A DNA stretch of 63,286 nucleotides, filler included, from Reticulomyxa filosa (GCA_000512085.1; 28 parts of 28 records of this genome joined end to end with filler, not necessarily neighbours in it); one strand, 5' to 3'. Counted from the whole stretch's first letter, positions 1 to 12,959 are shown. The notes: generated by a model from the sequence alone, not told the origin. A program made the numbers and translations.

Positions 1-19
1 GAAAGGATATGGAAGTGAA

Positions 20-1318
20 GTGGAGTCCTACCAACAATTATGGAGTGGTTTTAAAACATGTTGGAACACATTGGCAAACCGAAAGATAAAAAACGACTGC
101 AAGTCATTTGTTATTCCAAAATTACACGACGATAATTCAATTATTTTAGAATTTTCCGCTGCACAAAACAATGAAAATGGATTGATAATTGTAAAGATTA
201 TTCAACTGTTGCAAGATGCACACAATGCATTTTTAGAAGATGTAACGATGGAGTCTAAAATGCATGCAAACAATGAAGAAAAATATGGTGAAAAGGACGA
301 AGATTCCAATCAAAAGGTTATGGCTAAGAATAAATCTCTGTTCGATATTCATGAAAATGATATCGTATGTCTGGACAAAGATCAAGTGACAGAAATTATT
401 CGGCAATGGAGTCTTCCCTCATTAAAATACGGAAACATTACTCAAACTCAAAACAATGTTTTGGATTTAAGTGCAATTGAAAATGAAATTGCTTATCGAT
501 TTATTAAGAATCGTGAAATTTTGGAAATTGGTATTCCGTTTCTTCAGTTTTCTAATCAATTGAACATAAAAAATTGTGTGGCCATTATTGAGGAAAACAA
601 CAAAGAATTGAAAAAAGAGTCAATTGATCAACCATTATTGAAGACCTTTCTCACTTCATTGAAATCGCAAAGCGAAATGCAAAGGACTTTGGAAATATTG
701 AATGAAGTGCTTGTCTTTGTTTCTCAAAATATAAAAACTATTGATCTGTTAAGCCGTAACCATCAAATTTTTTCATTTCTTAATATTTTGAGTTTGTTTT
801 TTTTATACAGAGACAAGCAATTTGTGGAATTACTTGAACAAATGTCATTTGATGAAAAAAGCTGCAAATTGTTCATAATGGATTTGAAAGAACAACAAAA
901 AATGTTCATACTATGCAGACATATGTGTAATTTGTGGCGACTTTTGAACAATGCGGTGCAATTGAAGTTTGTTGATGAAAGTACAATTGACAATTATGTG
1001 TTGGACATTTACAAAGTGCCTTTGACCGAATTATTGAAACAACAACTGCAAGAAATGGTACAAAAGACATCTTTGGCAATAATAAAGGAGATTTTAGATG
1101 CTTGGAGAGAAGTTGTGCAAAGCGAGGGACAAAAAATGAGAGAATTGAAAAAAAAAGACACAAAACCCGAACTCTTCAGCAACTGGTTAGATAATATTGT
1201 ATTTTTTGAAAACGAGTTGGAATTTTTCCCAAAAGAATCACTCACTTGGGAGTACTGTGCTGCTGGCTATGCCTACCTTCACAAGTTGTTCAAACCAGCT
1301 CAGGTAATTGATATATGA
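20..1318 (+). CDS. RNF213/mysterin-like giant AAA+/E3 protein, C-terminal part (5'-truncated)
   Basis: 432-aa ORF. Motifs GLIIVKIIQLLQDAHNAF, SLKYG...DLSAIENEIAYRFIKNREILEIGIPFLQF and terminal FFPKESLTWEYC resemble the RNF213 C-terminus. Probable in-frame 63-nt intron at 748-810 (GTTAAG...ATACAG). Confidence 0.6.
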   Translation: MESYQQLWSGFKTCWNTLANRKIKNDCKSFVIPKLHDDNSIILEFSAAQNNENGLIIVKIIQLLQDAHNAFLEDVTMESKMHANNEEKYGEKDEDSNQKVMAKNKSLFDIHENDIVCLDKDQVTEIIRQWSLPSLKYGNITQTQNNVLDLSAIENEIAYRFIKNREILEIGIPFLQFSNQLNIKNCVAIIEENNKELKKESIDQPLLKTFLTSLKSQSEMQRTLEILNEVLVFVSQNIKTIDLLSRNHQIFSFLNILSLFFLYRDKQFVELLEQMSFDEKSCKLFIMDLKEQQKMFILCRHMCNLWRLLNNAVQLKFVDESTIDNYVLDIYKVPLTELLKQQLQEMVQKTSLAIIKEILDAWREVVQSEGQKMRELKKKDTKPELFSNWLDNIVFFENELEFFPKESLTWEYCAAGYAYLHKLFKPAQVIDI

Positions 1319-2210
1319 GTTGATCGATGCTTGTTTCTGCTGCTTGATTATTTTATTCGACGGCAAAAAAAAAAAGAAGTTGAAAAAAACTTGTTGATTT
1401 GTTAACTCAGTCCAAAATCAAATCCATTTTTCCTTCAATCTCATCATTGTTCTGTTGTCTACCTAAACAATTTTGCGTACTCTTGCAAAAAGTGTTCAAG
1501 AGATTTGGAATAAAACGACAATAAAATTTAATGCTTAGAGAAAAAGTCTCAATAGATACAAAATTAAATCAATTTAAGATCTTTGACATCATATACAATC
1601 TAATGACCTTTTGCTAGTTTTTATTTGCATTTCCAAATACAGTAGATTGTAGAAAAAACTGCCGTCTTATAATCAATTTTCTTCACGGAAAAACAAATGT
1701 TCAACCATTTTAAAAAAATATCCAATCTTGTGGGTTTTGAAATTGATTTTTTTTCCATATTTTTCAAAATTTGTAGGTTTCTTTTAAAATTAAAGATTCC
1801 AAAAAAATTTTGAAAGTTAATTTTTCATTAATAAAACTGCAAATGTTTAGGGATCTTTTTTGCTATCAATTATATGTATTGAATTATATTTCTTTCAATT
1901 GTTTGAAATATCAACATACCAAACATCAGCTTATGTCCATTGAAAGCGTGGCATATTTTGCTTCAAGGATTTGTTCTTACCTTTGGCAAGTTCTTTTCCT
2001 ATTCGTTAGAACAAAATTAGATTCATTTGAGATTGTCAACCAATGAAAGCGAAAGTAGTTTATTTATGATAATTACTTATCTTAGCAATTTTTTTCAACT
2101 TAAAAATAATTCACAAATAAAAATGACTACTAACTGTTAAACAACACATCCAATCCAGTAATATCTATTTAGCTTTTATTTTATTATGTATTTGATCTTG
2201 TGCTACATTA

Positions 2211-2530
2211 TTACCACCACATTCCAATTGTTTTGTCTTCGGAACATGATACAATTTTACTTCCATTCGGTGAAACATCTATCCTTGCAACCGAACGAGA
2301 ATGACCTTCCAACTTTTGTTTTACACGTCCTGATTTGACATCCCACAAACAGATAGTTTTGTCCCATGAACAAGATACAATACTTTGGCCATCTGGAAAA
2401 TATTTGACATCAGTCACAGTCATTGAATGTCCTTCCAATACTTTTAATTGTTTTGCTGTCTTTGAATTCCATATACGAATTGTATTGTCATTTGAACATG
2501 ATACAATAAATTCATTGTCTGGAGAAAATT
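2211..2530 (-). CDS. WD40-repeat protein, 3' end
   Basis: GH...VTDVKYFPDGQSIVSCSWDKTICLWD and GH...VARIDVSPNGSKIVSCSEDKTIGMW repeats; runs off the contig edge. Confidence 0.85.
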
Positions 2531-2630
2531 NNNNNNNNNNNNNNNNNNNNNNNNNNNNNNNNNNNNNNNNNNNNTTAATTAATTAANNNNNNNNNNNNNN
2601 NNNNNNNNNNNNNNNNNNNNNNNNNNNNNN
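2531..2630. other. Artificial 100-bp contig spacer (N44-TTAATTAATTAA-N44); first of 27 copies
   Basis: Identical spacer starts at 2531, 3930, 5428, 8899, 11802, 13133, 16375, 20078, 21636, 23539, 25865, 28340, 31215, 32501, 33851, 37304, 40420, 45474, 46657, 49995, 51697, 52941, 54164, 55548, 59771, 60967 and 62175. The core gives stops in all six frames. Confidence 0.99.
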
Positions 2631-5600
2631 TTTACAATTTCAACCAAAAGCAGATCGAAAAAAACCTTAAAAAAGCAATCTTGATCTCTTAGATCGCTTT
2701 TGACACTTAATTACAGAGTTATCTATAATAGGGACGCAAATTTATTGATTTCAAAAGACACAATGATAACCTATAATAACAATTCGCAATTTGAAGTATT
2801 TTATAATTACCATTGAAGTACAATGTTCATTTTAAGCAACTTACTACTTTCAAAAATTTAATCCAAAGAAATTGATAGTGTGAATCACTTCTGCGGAAAG
2901 AAAACAAATAATCTGTTAACTTTCTCATTATTTTTCATTAAACAGTCAAAACCGTACATAATAGAAGAATAGACTTTCTTTTTGACCGAATATGAATGTT
3001 TCTAAATGCATTGAGAGGCAGAGTAGAAACGATACAGCATGAAAGATTAATCTATAATTGAACAAGCATTATTGCGATTTGATTCTTTTTTTATCGGGTT
3101 TGTTCCATAAAAAACTAAACTACTTTTTTGGAGTCACTCCAATGGTGATGATTTGTTTATTTATTTTGATGAAACCAGAATATATTCTGTTTTATGAAAC
3201 TGATTGACAAATAATAATCATAAACAGCCAAAAAATGAAATCACATCTATTATTATATATTGAATTCGAATTTTAAAGCTAAAATTAGTATGGGTCGATG
3301 ATTTTGATAAAATCATTATGAAATACAGTAGATGAAATAAATTTTGAAGAAGCATAAAAAAAAAAAGTTAATTTACTTGAAAGCAAGAATTGATGTCAAA
3401 GTTTTATCATTTCTTAAATTGAAAGACAAAGTAAAAGATAGACTAATACATATGCTTCTTTCCAATCCGAAATATTACCTTTCGTAATTTTTTGAGACAC
3501 TTTTCAAAGAGATTTGTGAGTTTCTGAAGGGCAAAAAATGTCAATTTTTTTTTAGTACCATCAATTATAACTATTCGTTTGAAAGTATTTTTATAAAATT
3601 ATAGTTTTTGTTTTGGTTAAAAAAAAGAATTTAGCGCAAGTGCGCGTTTGCAATTTCTGACAACTTCTTTAGAATATCTAAATTATTTTTTGAGTCCAGA
3701 ATCAGCCTTGTAAACTCCGTTTGGAAAAAGTTTTACGATACATTGAAACGGGGGGGGGGCAATTTTTAACTTTTTCACGTGCTATTCATTTCATAGAAGA
3801 ATTTTAAGAGAAACAATGCATTGTTTCAAATAAATCAAAATAAACTGCTTCACACTCAATAGAAGTCACAATGAAATCAAAATGAGTGCAATACGATTCA
3901 GTCATGGGACATATATAATCCAATGGCTGNNNNNNNNNNNNNNNNNNNNNNNNNNNNNNNNNNNNNNNNNNNNTTAATTAATTAANNNNNNNNNNNNNNN
4001 NNNNNNNNNNNNNNNNNNNNNNNNNNNNNAAAAAGGTATTATCAAAGTTTTGGAAGTCAGGCATTAATTTCACAAATTCATGAACACATTAATCAAACGA
4101 AAAACTTGCAAGTACATTTCCAACACAATTTTAGTTTTTACTCTTTTTTAATATTTAAACCGGATAATTTGCGTTATTTTGTAAAAGTACACTTATTAAT
4201 TTCTTTTTTAAACGTATTCAATTGGTACAGCATTTTTTTGATTTACATATCGATTATCGTATACCAAATATACATACAAAGTGTGCACTTTTACTAGAGA
4301 AAATAATAGTTATTTCGAATAATAAAAAAAAAGCAACAAATATTCCAGATAAGTCTGTAATCACTGTTATTGAGTTTTACGAACCTTTCTTGAAGACTTT
4401 CAAATTACTTGGTAAAAAAGCCAATGAAATTATTGATAATGTGCCGATTGCATTATGTGTATGTATAATGACAACATCGATATTATTTTTGTCTATATGT
4501 TTGGATTATTTTGCATGTGCTCTATTTCACAATAATATTTGAGCAGAAATGGACGAGAATAAATCAAACAGTCTTTTTTTGGACAAAGAGCATATACTTA
4601 CGAGAAAGCATGTAAAGAACTCCCACAAACAAGTAACAAAAGAACGTGAGAGATGTTGAACAGAGAAAAGCGGCCATCTGTCTTTTATGTTCAAACTAGA
4701 CAGCGAACAAAAAAAAAGATGAAAGATAAAAAATAAAAAAAACGGAACTACCCCCCTTTTTGAGCACCTTTTTTGTTGTCACATTTTTTGATAGAATCAT
4801 AATTTTGAATCTTTTTTTGTATTTGGAATTGAAATTGAATGTTGTTCTCTTGATAGTACGCGTATTGCAATTTTCATTTTTTCAATGTATCCGATGTGTG
4901 AAACAATTTTTGAAGTTACATATCGATTGTCTTATGTCAAACATACATGCAAATTTTGATATTCAGAGGAATAATTGCACGTTATTTTTTTTCAATAAAA
5001 TAATTTATTTGTTTGAAATATTGCAAGTGTTTGTTGACTTGCTTCGAGTGATATGATTTTGGCAGAAAAGTAAATGAACTTGCGATTATATAATTATTGT
5101 ATTATATTACTAGCTTTTTTGCCAATGAATGGCTTGCCATTTTAGCGATGAGGCAGGTAGTAATAATGAATTCTCTGCGTTACATTGCAATATTATTCAT
5201 TTGTTTGCTTTGTCCAACAATCGACGAATTACACATTTTATTTTGTATACGTACATTTACAAAGACTTTACTGATTCTAATAGTGCAGAAGCAGTTATCT
5301 TTTTTTTATTCAATCAATAACAAAAATATTTTGACATTCGAGAAAATAGATTTGATGATGTTTTGAAAATATTACTGTATGACACTGGAAATGTCATAGA
5401 TGTAACAGACAAAAGAGGTCACATGAANNNNNNNNNNNNNNNNNNNNNNNNNNNNNNNNNNNNNNNNNNNNTTAATTAATTAANNNNNNNNNNNNNNNNN
5501 NNNNNNNNNNNNNNNNNNNNNNNNNNNTTTTTTTTTATTAATATGTTTAAGTGTTGTTTTGCAATATAGGTTCCCCCTCCAGCCAAATATTGTTACAGTA

Positions 5601-8600
5601 TATGTCCCACACAAAAAAAGAAAAATCGGGGTTGAAATCCACCCCGTCTCCGAAAGGAGTAAGAAAGGTTTGTGTATGTTTATATTTAAATATATATTCT
5701 TTTATTATATAATGTGTTGTGTTTGTGAAGCAATAGGAGTTCCCCCACCAAAGAAAAAAAATTACATATATTTATGTATTTTTTTATTTGTTCAACACAC
5801 CTATAAAAAAAAATATGTGAAGTGACTTATACAGGAAACAAAGGAAATGGAAATGAATGTCATCAAGTTATGATATATATTTTTTTGTTGTTCTCGAAAT
5901 ATTAGAAAATATAACTTTGTTTGTGTATAGATGTCCAGTGCAGCAAAAGGCAAGGCAGAGTGTAAGTATCTTTCTAAAAGGTGGTTTGGAGAAGGGGGTA
6001 GAGGGGGGAAAACAATAGATAATAAGGGGGAAGAGAAAAAAAAAAGAATGATAAAAAAGAAAATGGAATAATTAAAAAAAAGGGTGGAAAGAAAAAAAAG
6101 GAGAAATAAAAAAAAAAGATGGAATAATAAATAAGAAAAAAAAAAGGAATGATAAAAAAGAAAAAAGTATGGAAAAAATAAATGAAAGAGAAAAAAGAAA
6201 AAAATAAGAAAGGGAAAAAAATTTGTTTAAAATTTTAATTTTTTTTTGGGAAAAATTAATATCCCACGTGGGATTACAACATAAGTTAAGTAAATTTTTT
6301 CTTTGTGTGTGTTTGTTTAAAAAAATCACTGTGAAGACATACGTATAACGTTATAGATTTGAAACTGCGTATCATACGCATTGGGATTTATCTTTTATTA
6401 CGATTTGATGTGGCGAAGCTGTTGAAGTGGATGTTGGCAAGAAATGAATAATGCAATTGATTCAATAGAAACGACTCAATAAACAATGTCACCATATTTA
6501 TTGTATATATTCACTCCAGCTATTGTTTTATTATCTCCAACTATTCACAAAAATACCAAGATCCAGTGACAATAACAGCAATATCCAATACCATTGAACC
6601 AATAATTCGACTGGACATTCGCTTGTCAAAAAAAGATTACACTGTGAACTCGAAGAAGTGTTCCACATAATTAATATCTACTTACATACGAATCGAACGT
6701 TGCCTCCAAGATTCCATATCGAAACAATTCAAACCGAATTATGAGTATCTAATCTCTCCATCAAAAGAAAAAAAAAGCCAATCAATTGAGGTGATTTGAA
6801 GCAAATAGCTATCTTTCTTTTTTCTAATAATCTCCAATTATTGTGCTATTTCTGTATATAGGCGTGAAACAAAAATGTTGTTGCGGTGAATGCGTCAGAG
6901 TTATTAAAGGCCTGTCCAAAGCAAAGTCTGTATATAACACGTATTGAATTGAAAGCATTAAAAATCTTATCTTTGGTAGCAGATGGTATTGGCGCTGTTT
7001 GTGAGCCAAATGGCTCCTCTGACAATAGTGCTACTCAAATTGCATGATCTTCAAATTGTGTTGCGAACAATCAAATATCGAACACGACCAATCAATTTAT
7101 CAACACGGTTTCCAATTTACTAATGTTGTCATCTGGTGAATGTATCATTTTCTGGAAAAAGATCTAAACACAACTGCATTTGGTAGCAACCGGAAAACAA
7201 ACAATCAAGATTACATTCGGCAATCTTGGGATCAACTCCACAATTAACAAATCCATATCCGGGAAGTATATAGCCGATCTTAAAAATGCAACCCGTATCA
7301 CTAATCACCACTAACGATGGCAGGGACGATGTGAATCAAATCTATCGACGAAATGAAGCACAATTGTCGTTATCCAATGGCCTTCTCTTGGTATATCGCA
7401 ATTTAATTCAAAAGTGGATTGCCTTGTGATAAGTTCACAAATCGATCTATATAATACATACAATCAAGGAAAGATAAATTTACCAGAGTTATGAATGCAA
7501 GTGGTAAAGGATAGAGGGAATATTCGAGATGGTGTATCTTCCACGGATAACCTTCCTTGTGACAAGCAATCCTGTTATTATTCGAATTCAAAACATACAA
7601 AATGGCAAGGAGTTCTATTTGAAGGTATATTATTTTTATATTGTCAGTTTAATAATATATCTTAATCAAGACAATGTGAATATGAACCTTTTCACTGTAG
7701 AATGATGTACTTTAGGTTTGAAATGAAAGAAAAAGAAAAAAGAAGAAGAAAAGAAAAGAAAAAGAAGCAAAACTGCCGATCAATAGTATTAGAGATATAT
7801 GGACTATTTCAAGAAATAAAGCAAGTGGCAATGGATTGTGCAACAAGTATGAGCTTATCAAGTGAATCAAGTAGACATTGTAAATGAAGAGGATCGAATA
7901 ATCAATCCCTAAAAGGCATTGACACATATCACCAAGACTATAAATTGTTATGGATTTTATTTATTGAAACAAAACACAAGCAACAATCCACAGCAACATT
8001 CAGATTAATACTACTTCAATCAAGCCATCGATATGCACAATTTGTCCAAATATCCTTCATTGCTTTTCACAGTATTTGCGATATGTTATATATGGACCCG
8101 ATATCGACACATCAAAGACGCATGGAGACATTTCCGATATTCAATTGGTATGATTTTCGTGTTGATTTGGTGGAAGATATTAAAGTAGTTGTATTTTGCA
8201 ATTTGGTTGCAAAAGAACTATTGCTATTGTCGTCAAAAAAGATTAGCAGGAAATGATTGAATTGGATTATTTCACTCTATGATCGAATACCTTTGAAAGA
8301 TTGAAGTTAAAAAACATGGATTATTTTTGTCTTTCTTATAAATAATTTGAACTAATTTTTTATTTGTTTGTTTGTTGTTTTACAACAACCAGAATACGTT
8401 AATCCACAGGCGGTGTATATGGTGGAATCCGCAAATGAAGAAGAAGATGATGTGCAAAAATGTTGGAGCAAATACTGCTGTCTTAGTAATAACGGATGCG
8501 TTACAAAAACTAAAAAAAGATTTGACGTGCAAACAATATCCAGAAGGCAATAATATAGTGACTCTTCCATGATAAATAACCTCAACGACAGCAATAGTAT

Positions 8601-8998
8601 CAGTGCAAAAGAGATTGGATCGGGAAACAATATTGGTACGTCTACAATATCGGAAGTACAATCTCCACTTAGCCAAATACAAATTGGTGAATCTTTTTCA
8701 AGGGGATATTCTTCTCATAATCACATACCACATATCGTCCTTGTAATAATACATGCGTTCTCAAAGATCACTCCATTTTATCAAATACATGAACAGTCCT
8801 TCCATTGTACATACAAGCACAATCCATCATTCTGCTTCGATCCTCTTCTCCATTAATGCCCAGACACAAAGTGGTAGCTTGACACATTAAACAATGATNN
8901 NNNNNNNNNNNNNNNNNNNNNNNNNNNNNNNNNNNNNNNNNNTTAATTAATTAANNNNNNNNNNNNNNNNNNNNNNNNNNNNNNNNNNNNNNNNNNNN

Positions 8999-9214
8999 CC
9001 GTCAAAACAACCGTCAAAACAACCGTCAAAACAACCGTCAAAACAACCGTCAAAACAACCGTCAAAGCAGCCATCGAAACAACCGTCAAAGCAACCCACC
9101 AACAATCCATCAAAACAACCATCAAATCAGCCATCAAAGCAGCCATCAGAGCAGCCATCAAAACAGCCATCAAAACAGCCATCAGAGCAGCCATCAAAAC
9201 GGCCATCGAAATTT
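8999..9214 (+). repeat. 12-bp coding tandem repeat CCGTCAAAACAA (PSKQ), about 18 units, degenerating rightwards
   Basis: Directly visible; variants encode PSKQ, PTNN, PSNQ, PSEQ, PSKR, PSKF. Confidence 0.95.
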
Positions 9215-10169
9215 CCAACTGCCTCTCCTACAGCCACTTCGTCCACTCGAATGCCGACACAAATATCCACAAGTAATCCTACTACATCAATATCTTCGCC
9301 TACGACTTCTTCATTCATATCAACAAGCTTGTCTAGCATAGCTTATACAAGTGCGGACAGTGGATTGGGAAGTGAAAGCAAGCAAAGCAAGTCGATTCAA
9401 ACAGCCAGATTGACAGGTGCAGTGATTGGTGTTGGATCCACTGTATTCATCTTCTTCATCTGTCTGATCGTGTTCATTGTGTATTCGAAACGAAAGAAGA
9501 AAGCAAATGATGTGTTAGCCCAGAAGGAAATTATAATGTCTAATACCAACCCGCCACGACGTACTACAATATCTTTGTACGAAAAAGAAGGCGCTAGAGA
9601 TGATGGTAATTCTGTTATGAAAGGCACAAAGACTATTCAAGGGCCTGCGCTTGACGAGAATGTACAAAAAGTGATTGAAGATATTATCATAAGTGATCTT
9701 GCCAATGCAGTTACAAATAATAGATAAAATAATAATAACATATTATTTGTATATGTATGTGATGTAGGATGACATTGCCTCAAAAGCGTTACCAGATGTA
9801 CCAGCATTGTCAAATGAAGCAGAGGGAGAGGAAACTGCGATTGAAGGTGAAGGACCAACTCCAGGAAATGATGAGAGAGAAGAAGATTCAATTGAACTGA
9901 GAGAGATTGCAACAACAATTAGTGAAGATAAAGATTTGCTCGAATTTTTGAAGGAGATCGGATTACAACAATATTATGACAAAATGTGCAAACATGGGTG
10001 GACATTAAATCGATTGTTGGATTCTTATGATGGAACATTTCAGTCTATGGAACAACTTAAAACTGCAATGAATAAAAATTTTCATATGCCTTTACGAGAA
10101 CGTATTCATTTAAGTGCTTCCATTAAAAATAAAAAAATACAAATTTCTCAAGAAGAGGAGAATTTATGA
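8999..10169 (+). CDS. Single-pass membrane protein with PSKQ/Ser-Thr stalk and cytoplasmic SAM domain (5'-truncated; exons 8999-9709, 9768-10169)
   Basis: Frame is open from the contig edge through (PSKQ)n, an S/T-rich stalk and TM helix LTGAVIGVGSTVFIFFICLIVFIVY followed by SKRKKK. Phase-0 intron 9710-9767 joins an exon encoding LLEFLKEIGLQQYYDKM...MPLRERIHLSASI (SAM-like). Confidence 0.75.
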
Positions 10170-10734
10170 ATAAATATCCAGATTCTAAATAATCAAGTGA
10201 GTTTTACTTCTTTTATGTTGATAATAATGCAATGTCTACCTTGTTTACATCTTAAAGATATTTATCTTTTTTGTAATTAATTTTTTTTTTCTATAGTAAT
10301 TTCAACTTATTTTCTTTTTGTTTCATATCGGTAACACTCATTATTCAACATTGAACATTTTTTAAAGCAAAAACAAACTTTTTTTGAAAGATGGAATATC
10401 TTAATCATATAAACAACAAAATTCAAAATTAGTTTTTCAATTTTTGTAGTGTAAAATACAAAAAAAAAAGATCAATAAAACAGGGCAAGCCCCTACTGTA
10501 CAATGATTCTTTTTTTGTATTTTAAAAATTTTTTAGCTCATTTTTTTACTTTTTTGGCTATCATAAAATTTGCGTGTTTAATATTTTTTTTTTCTGTTTT
10601 AACAATGAATCTTTTGTGTTTGTATATCTAACACAATTTTAAGTTGTTGAAGGCATTTTTCAGAAACATTTGGAACGCAATGATGACTTTTCTTTTGTAA
10701 ACAAAATTATTGGGAGAGAAGAAAATAAAACCGA

Positions 10735-11801
10735 TCACAAACAACAATCACAACAAAAAAAGATTGAAGTGTCACTCTGCCTCTTTTTCTCCTTTTTTTT
10801 TAAGTAGGCGTCATTGATGAGCGGAGGTGTTATCTGCAGCAATTTATCCCAATCAATCCCTTTGAAGAATGAGTGGCTTCTCAGATCATTTCTCTTTTGA
10901 AATCCTAGACGATCCTCAGGTACTTTTGTAAGTAATTTTTGCAGTAAATCGACAGTTTTTTCATCTTGGACATCGGAAGGAATTTTGTAGTCCCATTGCG
11001 ATACTTTTTGGAACACCTTGACAATGCAAAGAGTATATTTTTGTGATCAGTAAGAAAAGATAGAAAAACAATGAGAAAAATATCTGTCAAATAAAAAAAA
11101 AGGGTTTTTTCGGAAAGCTAACTAAATATTCAGTTGGCGCTTTGAACAAAGTTTTGTTGGCAAGCAATTGAAAAATCAGGCATCCAATGCTCCAAAAATC
11201 CAAGCATTTGTATTTATCGTCGGGTATTCCTCCGTACTTGTGAGCTTCGAATAGCTCCGGTGCCATAAATTCCGGCGTGCCAACAAAATCGGGATCGTCT
11301 GATTTCATATCCTTGCGTTTGTTGTTATTGCCGTTTTTGTTATCTGTATTTTTATCCAGGTCATCTGTGCCTTTGGATTGTCTTTCTTCTTTGTTTTCAT
11401 TATTGTTATTATTATTATTATTATTATTGATATTGGATTGATCAGTGACGGTCGCTTTGACTTGCGGTAGAATTTTTACACACCCAAAATCGCTGATCCT
11501 TGGGGTGTTGTCTTTTGCCAACAAGATATTCTCAGGCTTCAAATCTCTATGGACGATACCACGGTCATGCATATGTTCCATTGCGCTGATTATACATGCG
11601 ATGTAATATTGTGTCGATGCCAACGTAAATGCGCCGTACGTTCGCAATGCCACCAACAAATCGCCATTTGGACAATATTCCGTTATGAAACATATGTTAT
11701 GGTCATTCTTCGCTGTTCCAAAGATACGCATTACAAATGGGATATCTTGGCACGCATACAATGCCTTCTTTTCTCGAAGGACTGCTGCTATTAGCTGTTT
11801 T
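10735..11801 (-). CDS. PDK1-like AGC Ser/Thr kinase (5'-truncated; intron 11017-11122)
   Basis: HRDLKPEN, DFG, FVGTPEFMAPE, DFWSIGC. Spliced APTEYL|VFQKV matches PDK1 AGNEYLIFQKI; LRSHSFFKGIDWDKLLQITPP matches the PDK1 C-lobe tail. Confidence 0.85.
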
Positions 11802-11904
11802 NNNNNNNNNNNNNNNNNNNNNNNNNNNNNNNNNNNNNNNNNNNNTTAATTAATTAANNNNNNNNNNNNNNNNNNNNNNNNNNNNNNNNNNNNNNNNNNN
11901 NCAA

Positions 11905-12915
11905 ATGCAAATACAAATGCAAATGCAACTACAAATGCGATTCAAGACATTCACAAGTCCGTCACATTCCCGATCAAACAAGAAGAGTCCTTGCCTCTGC
12001 CCGTGCTCCTACCTTTATCTCCAGCCCCCCCTCCCTCCTCCTCCTCCTCCTCCTCCCCTTTCTTCTTCTTTGATCACAGCAACCTGTCGTCATGAAAGCG
12101 AAGGGAGAGGCAAAAGAACAAGACCGGAACATCCAGAACAAGGAGATGAAAAATACAAGGAAGAGGAAGAGGAAGGAGATGAAGAAAGAGAAGAAGACGA
12201 AGAAGAAGAAAAAGTCCGAGAAGTGAATATCCCCTCAACATTTCAATCCATTCATCATCTAGCAAGAAGCAATAGCAGCATGGATAACAAAAGCAACGGA
12301 GACATTAACACCATTACAACTGCAAATACAAACATAATAATCAATAATAATAATAATAATAATAATAATAGTAATACAAACATAGACAATAGTGACATAC
12401 TGCCCGACTTAATTAGCGACAACGTACAATGGAGCACGACGCAGCTGCCCTTGCCTACGCTGGACAGCGTGAAGAGCGAGGCGCTGTCGATGCCAAAGAT
12501 AGACGAGTCTCCGGAGACGATTGAAGAAGAGTGGGAGAGACTTGCATTGGAAGAGAGAACGAATAGCCAGTCGTATGAGGAGATGTATGACGAATACCGC
12601 AAGAAGCTGTTGCACAAGCGTGCGTTGCAGGAGCAGCTCAAGAACTGGGAATGCTTTCTTAACTACTGGCAGGACTGGTCCGCCGACGATCTCTACGCCT
12701 ATTTAGTGCGCGTCGATAACAAGCGCTTTGCAAAGTATTTCTCCTCGGTCGAAGATGTTAAAGCGCGATGGAGCAAGGATCACTCGCAGCCCTTCCGAGG
12801 TTACGACCTGCGTCTTCTTGATCGAGAAGATCTCTATACTTTGGGCATTCGCGACAAAGATGATCGAAAAATTTTGGCTGATCACATTCGTGAATTACGG
12901 AAAAATAATATATAA
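11905..12915 (+). CDS. Low-complexity protein with C-terminal SAM-like domain (5' part uncertain)
   Basis: WSADDLYAYL...FAKYF...GYDLRLLDREDLYTLGIRDKDDRKILADHIRELR fits the SAM pattern; preceded by poly-Pro, acidic and poly-Asn tracts. Confidence 0.7.
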   Translation: MQIQMQMQLQMRFKTFTSPSHSRSNKKSPCLCPCSYLYLQPPLPPPPPPPPLSSSLITATCRHESEGRGKRTRPEHPEQGDEKYKEEEEEGDEEREEDEEEEKVREVNIPSTFQSIHHLARSNSSMDNKSNGDINTITTANTNIIINNNNNNNNNSNTNIDNSDILPDLISDNVQWSTTQLPLPTLDSVKSEALSMPKIDESPETIEEEWERLALEERTNSQSYEEMYDEYRKKLLHKRALQEQLKNWECFLNYWQDWSADDLYAYLVRVDNKRFAKYFSSVEDVKARWSKDHSQPFRGYDLRLLDREDLYTLGIRDKDDRKILADHIRELRKNNI

Positions 12916-12926
12916 TTTATTAAAAG

Positions 12927-12959
<33 letters not shown>

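Noticed and set aside
2575-2586. Recurrent palindrome TTAATTAATTAA and ORFs ending in XXX-LIN
   Set aside because: Artificial six-frame-stop spacer between contigs.
6340-8898. Possible decayed coding sequence
   Set aside because: Only short ORFs with no motif I can recognise.
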